From assembly GCA_030605805.1 (NCBI GenBank), contig JAUWHQ010000059.1:1-33949 (forward strand): a stretch of 33,949 bases of DNA, given 5' to 3'. Every line of letters begins with the position of its first letter. The first letter of the stretch is position 1. This DNA comes from Methanosarcinales archaeon (GTDB taxonomy: Archaea; Halobacteriota; Methanosarcinia; Methanosarcinales; Methanogasteraceae). The notes below the pieces were generated by a model that was not told where the DNA came from, did not search any database, and worked only from the letters and a program-made list of their open reading frames with translations. The position numbers and the translations under genes were made by a program. Shown piece by piece: positions 17,982-27,286 of the stretch.

Positions 17982-19458
17982 TTATCCCACCTCTGGTTTT
18001 TATCCGGAGATATTTTTCATCGGAAATTTGAGCAATGGATTGCGGAGCAGAAATACCCATCGTCTTCAAATCTACCAGCTTTAATGGATTTGGTAAATGG
18101 AAGTGCCACGTAAATAGGATAACCAGCGTTGGTTTTTTTGCGAAATCTTCAATTTCTTCCATGGGATACACGGTTCTATTCCTGACGTATCGAAAAATTT
18201 CATTTTTGTCCTGCAATCCATGGAATGTTTTTCCAACGACACCCAGGGAAGTAATCTCACGCTTATCCACGGTGCGATAAAACAACAGAATATCGCCGGG
18301 TGAAATATTCTTTATTTTGGAATGGCTGAGATATGCTTTTTTTATAGTATTACCCTCAACAATGAATTCACCAGCATGTTCAGATAATGCTGTTTGACGA
18401 CCCCCGTAGTCTGTAAATAATTTCTGATGGTATTCAGGGCGAATCGGGACTAAAAACTTTTTCACATCTGCCCCCTCATAAAAACTCGGGTAATATTTCT
18501 TTGATATTTCCAGCGGGTGCATCAGCTTTGCTTTTTCTTTATCAACTGACAGTTCCTTGACGAAAATATCTTCACCACGATCGTTTACAGCCGCTTTATA
18601 AAATCCATATTCAGTTATTAGATCAACTAAATAGTCGTCTGGCTTGGTAAAATGGGTTAGATAGATTTCAGCGAGGTTGTTTTTAATCGAATAGCCAACT
18701 GCCAATTTTGTAAATAGTTCTCCGATCTTATACCCAACGTGTGTGACGATCAAAGTCGCAATCTTGAGCCTCTTTTTTGCCGGAAGCGGAGGGATAGAAT
18801 CAATGGGATCGTTTTCAATTTTATAAATTAATATTGCTCCGATAGTACCGTCTTTTCTGCGATAAACCCAGCATTTTCTACCTTCTCTGGAAATTTTCTT
18901 AAACCAACTATCAAACTCTTCATATTCTTCTTTTAGAGATCTAAAGATCGGGTCGCTTATCTCAAGATTGTAGACAAGATCTTCCTTTAAAGCAGGTGGT
19001 CGAACCACCTCCTCTCTAAAGATATCCTCTTCAAAAACCCTGATCCCTTCTTCCACGCACAAAACCCTATCTTTTATGTCCAACCGAATAGCTTTTTTAT
19101 GGATGTTTTTATCCTCTGTAATCAGAAAATCTACGGCATCTTTATAGACCGAATACAATAAGGCATTATCAATCTCGTCATTGATTCTCGATGGCGTTCC
19201 AACAATACTCAAAAAATTATCGTCCTTACTTTGGTCAGGAGGAGATTCCAGTGAAGGATAGGTGTTGAGTTTAGATAATGCAATATTCTTTCTATCTTCG
19301 TTCTGGTCTCTTTTTATCTCTTCGAATGTTTCAGGATGGACAAGGATATCAATAGCTTGTGAACTGTTTAATACTTTTAACAGGTGTTGTAACTCATCTG
19401 CAAGTACGTGGTCATTCTCTCTGTAGATGAATATGTTGGTATCAATCAACAGGCGCAT
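17959..19458 (-). CDS. Three-domain fusion: N-terminal PIN nuclease, central GNAT-like acetyltransferase, C-terminal ASCH/PUA-like domain
   Basis: 499 aa. PIN: MRLLIDTNIFIYREND ... HPETFEEI ... DFLITEDKNIHKKA, with spaced acidic residues. Central domain: CWVYRRKDGTIGAILIYKIEN...LKIATLIVTHVGYKIGELFTKLAV...AEIYLTHF...ITEYGFYKA, a GNAT-like strand/helix pattern. C-terminal domain: FLVPIRPEYHQKLF...ISPGDILLFYRT...ITSLGVVGKTF, which parallels the neighbouring ASCH protein. The PIN call is fairly secure. The GNAT and ASCH calls come from pattern recognition only. Confidence 0.65.
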   Translation of the reverse strand: MRLLIDTNIFIYRENDHVLADELQHLLKVLNSSQAIDILVHPETFEEIKRDQNEDRKNIALSKLNTYPSLESPPDQSKDDNFLSIVGTPSRINDEIDNALLYSVYKDAVDFLITEDKNIHKKAIRLDIKDRVLCVEEGIRVFEEDIFREEVVRPPALKEDLVYNLEISDPIFRSLKEEYEEFDSWFKKISREGRKCWVYRRKDGTIGAILIYKIENDPIDSIPPLPAKKRLKIATLIVTHVGYKIGELFTKLAVGYSIKNNLAEIYLTHFTKPDDYLVDLITEYGFYKAAVNDRGEDIFVKELSVDKEKAKLMHPLEISKKYYPSFYEGADVKKFLVPIRPEYHQKLFTDYGGRQTALSEHAGEFIVEGNTIKKAYLSHSKIKNISPGDILLFYRTVDKREITSLGVVGKTFHGLQDKNEIFRYVRNRTVYPMEEIEDFAKKPTLVILFTWHFHLPNPLKLVDLKTMGISAPQSIAQISDEKYLRIKTRGGINERFTVD

Positions 19459-19540
19459 TGTTCGACCTCTTACCCTTTGATAATTCTTCCACGTTCAGCT
19501 TCTTATACCACTCTTGCACAGATTCACACATCATCTTCCA

Positions 19541-20620
19541 TCACCCTCCAGTATTTTCATCAACTCGCCTCCCTGTCCCTTCTCCCCCCCGTTCCAGCTC
19601 TTTCTCCAGTTCTTCAATCGTTGGCAGACTTCCCTTCATCTGGTCAGGCAGCGCATGTATGAGCTGGTATGTGGAGACCCCCATCGGTTTGTTCATGTCG
19701 CGGAGTGCATATTCCGCTATGACCCGGTTTCTGGTCTTGCAGAGGAGGATGCCGACGCTCGGCTGGTCATGGGGTTCGTTGCGGAGCAGATCATCGACTG
19801 CTGATAGGTAGAAGTTCAGTTTGCCTGCGTATTCGGGCACGAAGTTGCCGATCTTTAATTCGATCACCACGTAGCAGTGGAGCCTTGTGTGGTAGAAGAG
19901 CAAATCCGGATAAAAGTCCTGATCGCCCACATCCAGATGATACTCGCTTCCCACGAACGCAAACCCCACTCCAAGTTCAAGGAGGAAGTCACGGAGGTGA
20001 GTGAGGAGCGATTGGTGCAGGTCACGCTCTGAAAATTCCGGTCCGAGACTCAAAAAATCAAAGTTGTAGGGATCTTTCAGGATCTGCTGAGCCAGTTCAG
20101 ACTGGGGCGCGGGAAGCGTCTCTCTAAGATTTGTGACCGCGCTTCCCTGACGATAGAAGAGCCCGCTTTCGATCTGGTGCACGAGCACGTTCCGGCTCCA
20201 CCCTCCCTGGATCGTCTGGTGGATGTACCACTCTCGTTCTGCACGATCCTTCACTTTGTCGAGCAGAGTGATGTTGTGATACCAGGTGATTTGTGCAAGC
20301 ACCTCTTGCACAAATGTTTCATCAGGGTATGCAGCCGCAAAAGCCCTCATGTACTTGAGATTGCGGGTCGAGAAACCTTTTACTTCCGGAAATTCGCGGG
20401 ATAGATCACGAGAAAGACGTGCGATCACCTTCGCACCCCATCCCTCTTCCTCCTGACGCACAAGAATTGATTTTCCTATCTGCCAGTAGAGGAGAACCAG
20501 CTCGCGGTTCACCGAAAGAGCCGCACGGACCTGAGCCGACCGAATCCTCGCCTTCAGATCGGCAAAGAATTCAGGATATCCGGCAAATTGCTCTGTTAAA
20601 CCCGCATCATCGTCTGACAA
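19541..20620 (-). CDS. DUF1016/YhcG-family PD-(D/E)xK nuclease-like protein
   Basis: 359 aa. The N-terminus FFADLKARIRSAQVRAALSVNRELVLLYWQIGKSI is typical of YhcG. The C-terminal block is PDLLFYHTRLHCYVVIELKIG. TTG start at 20620 with a strong AGGAGGT Shine-Dalgarno 8-9 nt upstream. Confidence 0.85.
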   Translation of the reverse strand: MSDDDAGLTEQFAGYPEFFADLKARIRSAQVRAALSVNRELVLLYWQIGKSILVRQEEEGWGAKVIARLSRDLSREFPEVKGFSTRNLKYMRAFAAAYPDETFVQEVLAQITWYHNITLLDKVKDRAEREWYIHQTIQGGWSRNVLVHQIESGLFYRQGSAVTNLRETLPAPQSELAQQILKDPYNFDFLSLGPEFSERDLHQSLLTHLRDFLLELGVGFAFVGSEYHLDVGDQDFYPDLLFYHTRLHCYVVIELKIGNFVPEYAGKLNFYLSAVDDLLRNEPHDQPSVGILLCKTRNRVIAEYALRDMNKPMGVSTYQLIHALPDQMKGSLPTIEELEKELERGGEGTGRRVDENTGG

Positions 20621-20665
20621 CCGCTACTACCTCCTTTTAGTCGTGTTCATACCTCGCGATATTTT

Positions 20666-22756
20666 TCAGGCATACTTGTCGGATTCCGCCATGCAGATCG
20701 GCACACCCGATGCAGCATATCCGAGCCCCTCCAGAAACCCGCCCAGCTTTGCCTTTGCGTTGTCGCGGTCTTCCTCGATCTCTCTTGCTGTCACCATGTA
20801 TTTGTCCCACCAGTTCTCATAGATGGTGATAAGCTCCTGTCTTGATTCTGTGAGGTACTGCTCAAGATGTTTTTCGATATCCAGCTTCAGCGTATTCAGG
20901 GTTTCAACATCAGCCTCCCTTTCGGCGATGATTCGTTTGAGGGTGTACTCTATCTCTTTCCACCAGTTCACGAAAATGCCTGCCACCTTAAACTCATCCA
21001 GAAGCCCAACCGGCAACAGTGCTTCTTTGATGGATGCGATGAACTCCCGCCGTACATTGAAAATATCCTTTCTCGCAGGCAACTCTTTAATGCGCGGCAG
21101 ACTCTCTTCTTCCCACCAGTCAGAAAGCCGGAGTCGCATCTCTTCCTCCACACGTTTCACACCGGGCGCAGTCTCGATAACCTCTTTTATCCGGTCTTTC
21201 TCACCGATCTCGGGCTTGAACCGGGCATAATCTCCATTCATCTCCTGAAACAGCACGCCATCGGTTAAACCGTATTTATCAAGAATTTCCTGTTTAGCCG
21301 CCATCTCTTTCTTTGGGATGCCCCCGAGAAGGTGAGCCCGCACGTCATGGGGTTCAGGGTCTGGCGAGTTGTCCACATACCGCCTGATATTCAGATTGAA
21401 GTCATGTTTCTTGATCTCTTCAACTGTGACGACCTTCGAGTATCCGGGAGTCTCCAGGCGATTCCTGTAAACCGATGTGATCTTCTCGATATCCTCAGGA
21501 CGCAGCCGGTTCTGGTTCTTGCCCTCAGCGTACTCGGCATCACCGTTTATGAAAAGAATTTTGTCTTCTATCACCTCGGTTTTATCCTTATTTATGACCA
21601 GAATGCAGGCAGGAATGCCTGTTCCATAAAACAGACCTGCAGGAAGACCGATTATAGCCTCTATGATGTTGTCCTTCACCATTTCTTCACGTATCCCTTT
21701 CTCCGCACCTCCTCTAAAGAGCACCCCGTGCGGCATGACTGTCGCCATCTTTCCCTTGCTGTTTAAGCTTGCAACCATGTGCTGTGCAAACATGAGATCA
21801 GCTTTCTTGCCGCTCTCAGGTGCAAAGCCATAAGAAAAGCGTTCCTGAAACGGCATCCTGGATTTGGTATAGTTCAGGGAAAACGGTGGATTGGCGATCA
21901 CCCTGTCAAAACGCATGATTTCCCCGCCTTCGGTGTGCTGCGGATCATCAAGGGTGTCTGCGTTCTGTATATCCGCATCCGGAATGTCATGAAGTATCAT
22001 GTTCATCTTGCAGATAGCCCATGTGCCGCCATTGTTATCCTGACCGAAGAGTGAGAGGTTGCGGCTGTTCTGCCCCTGCTCCTCCACATACTGCCTGGAC
22101 TGTATAAGCATACCACCAGAGCCACACGTAGGGTCGTATATTCTCATGCCTTCATGCGGCTCTATTACCTGAACCATCAGGCGCACCACCTCTGATGGTG
22201 TGTAAAATTCACCTCCTTTCTTTCCGGCTGAGTCAGCAAAAAACTTAATCAGATATTCATACGCAGCACCCAAAAGGTCAGGAAACTCAAAGTCCTCGTT
22301 TCTCAGCCGGTATCTGTTGAAATGCGCCAGAAACTCTTGGAGCTTCGAGTCAGGTATCCTTGTCTTTCCCTTCTTTGCGTTGAAATCAATGTGCTTGAGC
22401 ACACCATCCAGCTCAGGGTTCGAGTCCTCAATGGCTGCGAGGGCTTTGTTAAGCTGGTTCCCGATGTCTTTTTTGAGATCCTTTAGTTCAGACCATCTTG
22501 CGCTTTTCGGCACATAGAACATGTATCCCTCATGGGACTCAGCCATCTCCTCTGCGTCTTCCATATCGAGTCCTTCTTTGATAAGCCATTTTTGAAGGAT
22601 CGTCTCCTGCTGTTCCTCAAACTGATCCGAAATTCTGCGCAGGAAAAGCATACCGAAGATGTATTCCTTGAATTCCGAAGCATCCATCTTGCCCCTGAGG
22701 ATGTCGGCTGCTTTAAAAAGATGTGACTCGAGTTGCTGGAGGGTTATTTTGGTCAT
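20666..22756 (-). CDS. hsdM: Type I R-M N6-adenine DNA methyltransferase subunit
   Basis: 696 aa with an HsdM N-terminal domain. SAM motif I is [10 protein letters not shown] and catalytic motif IV is IANPPFS. It has a long C-terminal helical extension. Confidence 0.95.
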   Translation of the reverse strand: MTKITLQQLESHLFKAADILRGKMDASEFKEYIFGMLFLRRISDQFEEQQETILQKWLIKEGLDMEDAEEMAESHEGYMFYVPKSARWSELKDLKKDIGNQLNKALAAIEDSNPELDGVLKHIDFNAKKGKTRIPDSKLQEFLAHFNRYRLRNEDFEFPDLLGAAYEYLIKFFADSAGKKGGEFYTPSEVVRLMVQVIEPHEGMRIYDPTCGSGGMLIQSRQYVEEQGQNSRNLSLFGQDNNGGTWAICKMNMILHDIPDADIQNADTLDDPQHTEGGEIMRFDRVIANPPFSLNYTKSRMPFQERFSYGFAPESGKKADLMFAQHMVASLNSKGKMATVMPHGVLFRGGAEKGIREEMVKDNIIEAIIGLPAGLFYGTGIPACILVINKDKTEVIEDKILFINGDAEYAEGKNQNRLRPEDIEKITSVYRNRLETPGYSKVVTVEEIKKHDFNLNIRRYVDNSPDPEPHDVRAHLLGGIPKKEMAAKQEILDKYGLTDGVLFQEMNGDYARFKPEIGEKDRIKEVIETAPGVKRVEEEMRLRLSDWWEEESLPRIKELPARKDIFNVRREFIASIKEALLPVGLLDEFKVAGIFVNWWKEIEYTLKRIIAEREADVETLNTLKLDIEKHLEQYLTESRQELITIYENWWDKYMVTAREIEEDRDNAKAKLGGFLEGLGYAASGVPICMAESDKYA

Positions 22757-22780
22757 GTATGGTTACAGTTTCTTCCAAGT

Positions 22781-22790
22781 TATATATAAA
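22781..22790 (-). promoter_or_regulatory. Archaeal TATA-box candidate for the hsdM-led operon
   Basis: The minus strand reads TTTATATATA, with its proximal edge 25 nt upstream of the hsdM ATG (22756). An A-rich BRE-like stretch lies just upstream. The spacing implies a leaderless or very short-leader transcript. Confidence 0.45.
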
Positions 22791-22919
22791 ACATTTTTCA
22801 CAAACAGCCGCATAATCATCTTCATTCGTGCATAGTTAAGAAATGGATGTGATACTTAGCATCGAAGCATATAAGACGCCAGGGGCACCCACCTCGCCCC
22901 CATATCCTATCAGCATCCT

Positions 22920-24491
22920 CTAACCGAATTCCTTCCTCGTCTCTCCGCATTTTACGCACCTGTACACCGTGTACTTCTTGTGCGCTTTCAGGAGTTCAAA
23001 CTCGTGGTCGCACTCTGGCGCCTCTATTGCGGCTGTTTCCTCTTCTGCCAGTGCAGGCATCCCCATCAACTCTCTGATTCGTGAATCGGCATCCTTCTGC
23101 TGCTCACGATACTCGTCCAGGAGCCTGTACGAATCGCACAACAGCAGGAACCGCTGGGTATCGATGACCGGGATCAATTCATCGATGGCATCAGAATCAA
23201 ACTCCAGTTCAAATGCCATTTCCAGCTTTAGTTCCAGTTCCGCCCCGGGTCCAGATTCATCGCAGACGGCAACGACGCAATCGCCGTTCCAGACCAGTTT
23301 ACCACTCACTGTATTACCATAATCAACGGAAAGGGACACTCCGGTCGAAAACGAGTCTTTATCCCCTTCCAGAAATTCTTTCAGCTCATTTAAGATCTCG
23401 ACTGTGGAAGAATCAAGAATCAGCTCATTAAAATCGTTTGCAATACTGATTGAACCGGTGTCAGAGTCATGACGTGTATTCGTAATCTCAAACTCATCAA
23501 CCGATTCCTTCTGATCCAGACAACGATATTTGAGATCAACATACACCGGAGGGAGATTGTATATATCACAATCACTCGAATAGCAGTTATCGCAATCAAA
23601 CGCATCTTTTGGCTCGCATTCGGTGCAGAATGCATCGCGAGGCTCATATTCGCCTGAGATCCCACAAATCTCTTCATCAGGGTCATAATTCTCGCAGATG
23701 CGGCAGCATCCGTGGATCGTCCAGTATTCTGATTCGAGCACCTGATCGATTTTAAAACGCGTGAGGACATACTCGGCTTCGGTAGATATGTGATAGAACT
23801 TACCTAGAACATCCTTATATTCCTCCGAGATTGCTTTCAGACGTGGTATGATCTCATAATTGTGCTGATCATAGAAACAGCCGCATAGAAACCCCAGATC
23901 CATCAGATACTCGCCATCTTCAGCGAACCTGTCAAGAAGTTCTACCATGAAGGCGAACGACCGCGGATCCCGTATCTGTGAGAGTGTGCCAAGTGCATAG
24001 ATCGTGCAGGTTTCACGCTCGTTTTTGTCGATCTCCGGGTTGTTCAGACGATCGTTGATTCGATCGATCAGCGGCTGAACTGCCGGACTGCCGATCTTCA
24101 CCAGTGCCTCTAATGCATCTTCGCACAGATCATCCGCGTCGGTCTCGATCGCATCGATCAGTGCAGGAACAGCGGCTGAGCTGCCGATCTTGCCAAGCAC
24201 GCCTGCTGCGATGATGCAGCTGTATGAGTCTACCTCGTACAGATAATCAGCCAGAGATTCAACAACCGCCTCGCCAAGCCCTATCAAACGCTCTCTCACA
24301 GAAGAAATCCTTTTCTTTAGATTTTCGTCCGATTCCGGATCGAAGTACTTATCGTATTCCTCCTGCCGCTCATCGATCTCATCGCAGAGATCATCCAGCA
24401 CACAGAGCGCTTCGTCGATCGTTTCATCAGATATTTCAGTGGTCTGCATAAGCCCCTTATTCTCCTGTTCTTCTACTCTCCTGATCCCCAT
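22920..24491 (-). CDS. Acidic HEAT-repeat protein with a Cys-rich centre and C-terminal zinc-ribbon, function unknown
   Basis: PBS-lyase-type HEAT repeats: AAGVLGKIGSSAAVPALIDAI and EALVKIGSPAVQPLIDRI. Cys cluster: HGCCRICENYDPDEEICGISGEYEPRDAFCTECEPKDAFDCDNCYSSDCD. The C-terminus shows CDHEF...YRCVKCGETR. ATG 24491 with GGGAGGA upstream is preferred over the track TTG at 24530. Confidence 0.6.
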   Translation of the reverse strand: MGIRRVEEQENKGLMQTTEISDETIDEALCVLDDLCDEIDERQEEYDKYFDPESDENLKKRISSVRERLIGLGEAVVESLADYLYEVDSYSCIIAAGVLGKIGSSAAVPALIDAIETDADDLCEDALEALVKIGSPAVQPLIDRINDRLNNPEIDKNERETCTIYALGTLSQIRDPRSFAFMVELLDRFAEDGEYLMDLGFLCGCFYDQHNYEIIPRLKAISEEYKDVLGKFYHISTEAEYVLTRFKIDQVLESEYWTIHGCCRICENYDPDEEICGISGEYEPRDAFCTECEPKDAFDCDNCYSSDCDIYNLPPVYVDLKYRCLDQKESVDEFEITNTRHDSDTGSISIANDFNELILDSSTVEILNELKEFLEGDKDSFSTGVSLSVDYGNTVSGKLVWNGDCVVAVCDESGPGAELELKLEMAFELEFDSDAIDELIPVIDTQRFLLLCDSYRLLDEYREQQKDADSRIRELMGMPALAEEETAAIEAPECDHEFELLKAHKKYTVYRCVKCGETRKEFG

Positions 24492-24731
24492 ATCCTCCCG
24501 CCATCTGCATGTCTTCGCGATTGCGGTCAAAGAACCATATCTTGGGCATCCCCTAGTCCGGGATTGTGCCCCATGATAGTACTTTTAGGTACTCGCGACA
24601 TCGATGATATGACGTTCCAACCTGATTACCACATTTGTGGTCTGGATGTGGGGGCGCGGGTTGATATATCTTGCGGAGTTTTGGGTTATGACGGCTCCGC
24701 ATCAACGACCTGCCCCGGAACTGATGGGAGT

Positions 24732-25970
24732 TTATTGAGACGAGCGAGCGGTCGGGCATGTCAGTCCGCCATGCGGCATCACCAGAACCCGCGCAAACTC
24801 CCCGTGCTTCGAGATCGCGGTATCAAGAGCGCTCTGCACGTCATCTGCCGGCGTAAAATATGCTTTCTTCGCAAGATCGTCAGGGATGGCAGAGATGAGA
24901 TAGAGGTCAGCACGCTCGGCAAGGAGCGAGGTCAACACAGCCTTGTGACCGCCGAGCTCAAAGTCGCTCTTCAGCCGGGGCAGGAGTTCCCCACGCGGGA
25001 TGTTGAGCCACCGCTCATACACTGCATTACCAAGACCCTCAGGGCATTCGGCGACAAGGATGATCGTCCCCCCATCTTTCACGATGTTCTTTGCATTTTC
25101 AAGGGATTTCTGGGACTGATACAGGTTTATGTCCTTTGGCATCCCGCCAGGGGACGTGATCACGATATCAACGGGTTCTGCCCGGATCCGGTACATCTGA
25201 TCCGCATAAAACACCCCTGCGCGGTGCGCTTCTATGGGATCACCCGAAACGACCGCAACGATCTCCTTGTTGCTGTTTAGTACGGCATTGAGTATGAATT
25301 TTGACAGCCCCATCGTCCCCTCCTCGAGATCCTGACGCACAGGGCTGTCGATGCTGCCTGATACGGCGTCAGGGTGGATCATGAGTGCATGATTCTTCCG
25401 GATGCTTGCAAGCGACGAGATTCCGGGCAGCAGCGACTTGAGACCGCCCGAATATCCTGCATAGTACTGGAATTCGATGCTGCCGGTGCATATCACGATG
25501 TCAGCGTCAAGAACGGGCGTAAATATCTCAACCGGCGTTCCCCTGCTCGTAACCCCGACGCGCCGGCAGCGATCAGGATCGTGATCGATGCAAGATATGC
25601 GATCGTAGATTTCGCTGCCGATCAGCAGTCTCTGCTCATCTTCTGTCTGTTTTCTGTGTGATCCGGTGGCAAATACGATTTTGATGTCAGAATCCCGGAT
25701 TCCAATCTCGCCAAGGTGCGCAATGAGTGGCGGCAGCAGTATCTCTGTCGGGGTGATCCGTGTGATGTCGTTAACGATGATCGCAACAGAATCGCCCGGG
25801 TGTGCGATATCAGGTAACCTGCTCCCGATTGGGTGCTCGAGCGCATCATTGACTGCTGACTCGCAATCCTCAACCGCGGGGAGTTCGTTTGGTTCGAGGA
25901 CGCCTGCGAGGTTCCTCTCCGGGACATCGACAGAGACGCTGCCGTGTCCATAAGGCAGTTGAATCTTCAT
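24732..25970 (-). CDS. larA: LarA-family nickel-dependent (lactate) racemase / DUF2088 protein
   Basis: Start at MKIQLPYGHG (ATG 25970). GDSVAIIVNDITRITP, FATGSHRKQTEDE and IEFQYYAGYSGGLKSLLPGI match conserved LarA blocks. Confidence 0.8.
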   Translation of the reverse strand: MKIQLPYGHGSVSVDVPERNLAGVLEPNELPAVEDCESAVNDALEHPIGSRLPDIAHPGDSVAIIVNDITRITPTEILLPPLIAHLGEIGIRDSDIKIVFATGSHRKQTEDEQRLLIGSEIYDRISCIDHDPDRCRRVGVTSRGTPVEIFTPVLDADIVICTGSIEFQYYAGYSGGLKSLLPGISSLASIRKNHALMIHPDAVSGSIDSPVRQDLEEGTMGLSKFILNAVLNSNKEIVAVVSGDPIEAHRAGVFYADQMYRIRAEPVDIVITSPGGMPKDINLYQSQKSLENAKNIVKDGGTIILVAECPEGLGNAVYERWLNIPRGELLPRLKSDFELGGHKAVLTSLLAERADLYLISAIPDDLAKKAYFTPADDVQSALDTAISKHGEFARVLVMPHGGLTCPTARSSQ

Positions 25971-26131
25971 CGAGGTTGTTGGTGCTTTCCGGGAATTTAA
26001 GAGTTCTGGTTTTCCGGGGGTGCTTCTCAAAGTATTCGCTCAAACGACGGTCATGACGTGAAACGGCGCACCAAAAGGTATAAAAGTGGTTGCACCAGTA
26101 CACTCTTATGATACCGGATACCCGGATACCT

Positions 26132-26202
26132 GCGGCTGTGGTTTAGTGGTATGACATGAGCTTCCCAAGCTTATAACCCGGGTTCGAATCCCGGCAGCCG
26201 CA
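26132..26202 (+). tRNA. tRNA-Gly(CCC): tRNA-Gly (anticodon CCC)
   Basis: Folded by hand. The acceptor GCGGCTG pairs with CAGCCGC, followed by discriminator A. The D-loop AGTGGTA carries GG. The anticodon stem TGAGC/GCTTA closes the loop TT-CCC-AA. The T-arm CCGGG-TTCGAAT-CCCGG is canonical. No CCA is encoded. Confidence 0.9.
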
Positions 26203-26223
26203 TGTAAACCAGAGGTGATTTGT

Positions 26224-27258
26224 ATGAAGATAACAAGAATAATAACGTTGTTGATGGTGCTTACGGCACTGGCGCTGTCACCGTTTATATCTGCGACGGT
26301 ATACGAGGAATACGACTGTTCAATCAAGCCGGACGGTTCATTCAGCCCGGACGGCACCAAGATTGTTTTTTCCGGTTTTGATGACGAAGGGAAGGATAAA
26401 TTATTCATCTCGAAAGCAGACGGGACCGGTGCGAAGGTGTTGATGCCAGATGTACCAAAGAAGGAGTTCACTCCTGACTGGAGCCCGGATGGAGAAAAGA
26501 TCTTCTTTATATCGTTCAATGCCCAGGGAAATGGGAAGATCTACGTGGTGAATGCCGACGGGACCGGTAAAACGGAACTGATGCCGGATAGTCCGTTGAA
26601 GCAGTGGAGCCCTGATGTCAGTCTGGACGGGACAAAGATTGCTTATGTATCACGGCAGCCGGGCAGCAAGGAGAAACTCTACATCGCAAACATCGATGGG
26701 ACCGGTGCAAAAGAACTGATGCCGGACGATCCGGATAAGCAATTCTCCCCGAATTTCAGTCCTGACGGGACAAAGATTGCCTATCACTCCTTCAATGTTG
26801 ACGGCAAGCTTGACAAGATCTTCATCGTGAACGTGGACGGCACAGGCAAGGAAGAACTGATGCCAGACAGTGATGAGAAGCAGTTTACCCCAAGTTTCAG
26901 CCCTGATGGGACGAAGATTGCTTATGTTTCATTCAATGAGGATAAGCTTGAGCGGGTGTACATCGTGAATGTGGACGGAACCGGCAAGCGAAGACTCACC
27001 ACCGCAACAGAGGGCAGGGAGTACGATCCGCACTGGAGCCCTGACGGGACAAAGATCGTGTACAACGGAAATGTCGTGGTGTCGGTGCCATCAGACGGTG
27101 TAACAGGATCAGTCGCTACCGCTACCGGGTCATCAGAAACGGATGCCAACGCAGACACAGGTGCGGGCGATGAAGGGAAGTCCACTCCAGGGTTCGGCTG
27201 GATGGTGGGCGCGGGCATGGTGCTGCTCGTATACCTGCTTGCGAGGCGCGCAGCGTGA
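26224..27258 (+). CDS. Secreted PD40/TolB-like beta-propeller repeat protein with PGF-CTERM anchor signal
   Basis: Signal peptide MKITRIITLLMVLTALALSPFISA. Six repeats of about 44 aa of the form F(S/T)P.(F/W)SPDGTKIAY...DGTG..ELMPD. The C-terminus is TPGFGWMVGAGMVLLVYLLARRAA. Confidence 0.85.
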   Translation: MKITRIITLLMVLTALALSPFISATVYEEYDCSIKPDGSFSPDGTKIVFSGFDDEGKDKLFISKADGTGAKVLMPDVPKKEFTPDWSPDGEKIFFISFNAQGNGKIYVVNADGTGKTELMPDSPLKQWSPDVSLDGTKIAYVSRQPGSKEKLYIANIDGTGAKELMPDDPDKQFSPNFSPDGTKIAYHSFNVDGKLDKIFIVNVDGTGKEELMPDSDEKQFTPSFSPDGTKIAYVSFNEDKLERVYIVNVDGTGKRRLTTATEGREYDPHWSPDGTKIVYNGNVVVSVPSDGVTGSVATATGSSETDANADTGAGDEGKSTPGFGWMVGAGMVLLVYLLARRAA

Positions 27259-27286
27259 AGATATCAACCATTTCGGATGCGGCTGT

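Noticed and set aside
24492-24530. TTG start at 24530 for the HEAT-repeat protein
   Set aside because: ATG 24491 has a GGGAGGA Shine-Dalgarno immediately upstream. The TTG extension adds 13 residues and has no ribosome-binding site.
24601-24650. Possible C/D-box sRNA (GATGATATGA ... CTGA ... CTGGA) between the HEAT-repeat gene and larA
   Set aside because: The C box is imperfect (TGATAT instead of TGATGA). There is no C' box and no terminal D box at the right spacing, and no kink-turn-compatible terminal stem.
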